In this document: positions 61,300 to 64,000 of the stretch, in pieces | How positions within the stretch are numbered: position 1 is the first letter of the stretch | How the letters are laid out: each line of letters opens with the position of its first letter | From: Iphione sp. A-MEVVRFRX5 | Lineage: Eukaryota | Assembly: GCA_976226885.1 (NCBI GenBank) | Contig: OZ320315.1 | Location: forward strand, 97,464,001 to 97,528,000 | Length of the DNA: 64,000 nucleotides | Direction: 5' to 3' | Made by a program: the position numbers and the translations under genes | The notes under the pieces: generated by a model | The model's database searches: none | What the model saw: the letters and a program-made list of their open reading frames with translations, nothing else | What the model was told of the DNA's origin: nothing

Positions 61300-62900
61300 C
61301 TACTGGTGTGGTGTAAAATTTATTGTTACACTCCTCGGCAGTTGAGCAGCATTGAGGTATCAAGCCCCTTATTCCTCCCACAGCTTGCTGATCTGTCCTT
61401 CACACTCGAGCCTTTTCATTGTTTGCCCGTGCTGCATCTTTGCTTTCACTCACAAGCTTATGGTAGATGGGTACCAGAACAACTTCTTCATACATTAGCT
61501 TTTACAAGGCAGTAGAAGTGCAGATTTCATGGACAGCTTTGACATTAAGGCTGTTCTGCCACTCCTCGGTATCATTGGCCAATCTTCAATTGTGCATAGT
61601 CAGCAGGAGTATAGCTGCCAGTGATCAGCTGCCATTTGATATAGGAGGCAAGAGGTTTTTCTAAAAGAGGAGGTGTCCTTATCTTCAGCCACTCAAAGCT
61701 CTGGGCAATGTGTTCCACTAGTAGATATGACAGAGCTAGCAGGTGGCGGATGTATGTGTGTCATGCAGCTTTCTTGTAGTATTGCTTTTTCTGTCCAAGA
61801 TCACCAACACATTTCATGATGGCCTGGGCCCAGTGGAAGGAGCATCCCTACACCTTACCTTTGGAAATACTAATCTCACTCCAATCCACATAGCCTTCTC
61901 AAAGTTACATACAACCTTCTGTACCTTTGGATGATGGAGTAGCTTCTTGAGGGCTTTAAGCACTGTGACATTCCTTCTCAACATAAAGGTAAATGCCAAG
62001 GGCACCTGTTTCAAATTGCCTTCCTCTGACTCGATACAGGTGTGCATGCTGAATAGCTGATAGAAAGGTACTTTCACCACCTGAATTGTAGCATGTGTAC
62101 CATGTTGTTGCAGTTTGGATGTTGGAGGGTCTCAGGGTGCACAAAGTAAAATGTCTTTGGTTTGACAGGCTGCATGTCCTCACACATATGATCAAGCAAC
62201 CTGACAAGAAGAGCTGTGTCTGGTAGATTATCATGACTGTCTGCTTCACTTAACAGCTCACGAATCACACAGGGAGATGGTTTTAGAAGATCAGCAGCAG
62301 CTTGGTCCTTCACTTTCTTACAAACTGTTTCTTGTGTTCTAACCCAATATCAGGAGGATGTGTGTGTCCTGCTTTTTCATAATGGAACTCTGACCTATGT
62401 TGGAGGACAGCTCTTTGACACTTGGCTGACTTCTTGCTGCATTTCCAGTTGATAGTGTGCTTGCCCGTCACCTGAGATAGTACCCAATGTTATCTGTCAG
62501 GAGGTCATTCCCATTTCTCAATGCTCCTTTAAGAATCTCAAACTTTGGCTGTTCAATGGACACAGGAAGCTCTGGGTGGTTGCAGTCAAAATCCACTTTA
62601 TCTAGTTGCACATCAGCAGCAACTGAGAATTTAATGGGAACTTGGTCACCTCATGTAGGGAGAGTCATGTCAAACTCATCTTGCCAGCTGAAGTCCCTCG
62701 TGGTAAGGTCCTGCTGCTCATCACAGTGTCATTCATCTTCTGCTGGTTCAATTTACATATCACTGGCATTAGTCATATTCTCCACAGAGACACATGAAGC
62801 ACTTCCAGTGTTGCAGCTAAACATCTCCCCATTGCAACTGTTGATAGAAGGACCTTGAGATATCAGTGTTGCACACACTGTGCTACCAACCACCACAGAA
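61300..62900 (-). mobile_element. Decayed MULE with FLYWCH domain
   Basis: FEILKGALRNGNDLLTDNIG...WKCSKKSAKC...GHTHPPD; KQVPLAF; CNFEKAMW...VFP. Confidence 0.85.
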
Positions 62901-63199
62901 GTCACAAGCCAATGACAAGAAGTAACTTCTGGAAGTAACTTCTTTTGTGCAGAAAGCACATGTAAACCTTGGTGTTGTCATCATAAGACCGGTTTTAAGA
63001 CTGATGATAACTTGCTACCCCATGTTTATACCACTGCTGCTCACCATCAAAGAGCCTTTATATTCACTTTGATAATTACAGGTGATGAAAGATCATACTA
63101 GGATGAGGGGGTAGCAGACCAGGTGCCCTGAGCCTTTATTTTTTTCATTAGCGCACCCAGTTGTTGTAAATTTGTAGCCCCCCCCCCCTCTTGTCTAAA

Positions 63200-64000
63200 G
63201 CTATGGATTGAGCCGTGCGACGGATCATAGCCTAGCGATCTATCAATGATTCTGAGGATATCTGAGGATATCTGATATTACTTGCATCTGAAAGGGCCTC
63301 TTTTGTACAGGATCCCTGAATAATGGTTGGGGGTGCTCGTCTACTGGATCTGCATCACACATCTGTTCCAAAAGGGCAGTTGGGCAATACATTTTACCTG
63401 CTATCCTCTGCACGAGAATGAATCTAGCCTGGTTCTGCGAAAATGTTTTTGACAATGCTGTGCTCTCATGACCAAATGCAATGTCCTGCCTAGTCGACTG
63501 CTTATTACAATCGTATTCAATATACCACTTTGTAAATATGTTTGACTGACGAACAGGTGAATAATGCAATACGCTAAATATTGCCTTTAGCACTGTTGCT
63601 AATAGCCCCATCCTATGGCAGAATTCAATGTGTTTTTTAAACGTTCAAATGTAACTGACCACATTCATCATACAACGTGGAGGTATGTTCCTCTTTACCG
63701 ACATTATTGCTGTAGTGACCTTGATACGCTGACACGCCTGGTAGCTATGCTGGTCGACGACGAGCCTCATCATCCTCAGGGCCGATACATGCTGCTCAAC
63801 TACTCACTGGGGAGATGAATTTGTTTAAATACTCAATGTACAAACATATATCATCTGGACAAATCGGTTCCATCAACATATCATAATGTGAAAAGAATCC
63901 TAGGGCTAATTTAAACATACAGAGCCTGGCTCGGTGTGTGGACTGAGTTACCCCCTGCTGCTGTCGTATGGCTGCCTGCTGTGCTAGCTTTGTTAACCAT
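63200..64000 (-). pseudogene. Ngaro-type tyrosine recombinase fragment, copy 3
   Basis: ICLYIEYL; KAIFSVLHYSPVRQSNIF; TRQDI; SKT; YCP; PLF. Confidence 0.78.

Noticed and set aside
60800-61300. Possible ORF1 or SGNH region upstream of the third lineage-A ORF2
   Set aside because: No NADAR, SGNH or UTR-complement motif was recognisable.

Overview
This is eukaryotic DNA, most likely from an invertebrate animal (spliceosomal introns; DIRS/Ngaro, Crypton, Penelope, CR1/L2-group LINE, MULE and pogo families). The 64 kb is almost entirely a nested stack of transposable elements. I found no host gene, tRNA, rRNA or CRISPR array. Main observations: (1) Four LINE copies from two lineages have an unusual three-module layout: an L1-type ORF1 with a C-terminal NADAR (YbiA-like N-glycosidase/ADP-ribose hydrolase) domain, then an SGNH-hydrolase-like ORF, then APE-RT. 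One copy (about 1-6320) is nearly intact. (2) In the two lineage-A copies the 5'UTR is complementary to a segment between the SGNH ORF and ORF2. The match is copy-specific and G:U-compatible. Both copies also have a splice-acceptor-like AG exactly 8 nt before the SGNH start codon. (3) Every recognisable coding TE fragment (about 25) is on the minus strand, as expected for a uni-strand piRNA-cluster-like locus. (4) An apparently intact 4-exon Crypton tyrosine-recombinase transposon splits a LINE RT at its YADD motif with a TA duplication. (5) A near-intact DIRS1-like element shows ITR/ICR termini. All domain calls are by-eye motif recognition, not database searches. Boundaries of decayed elements are approximate.
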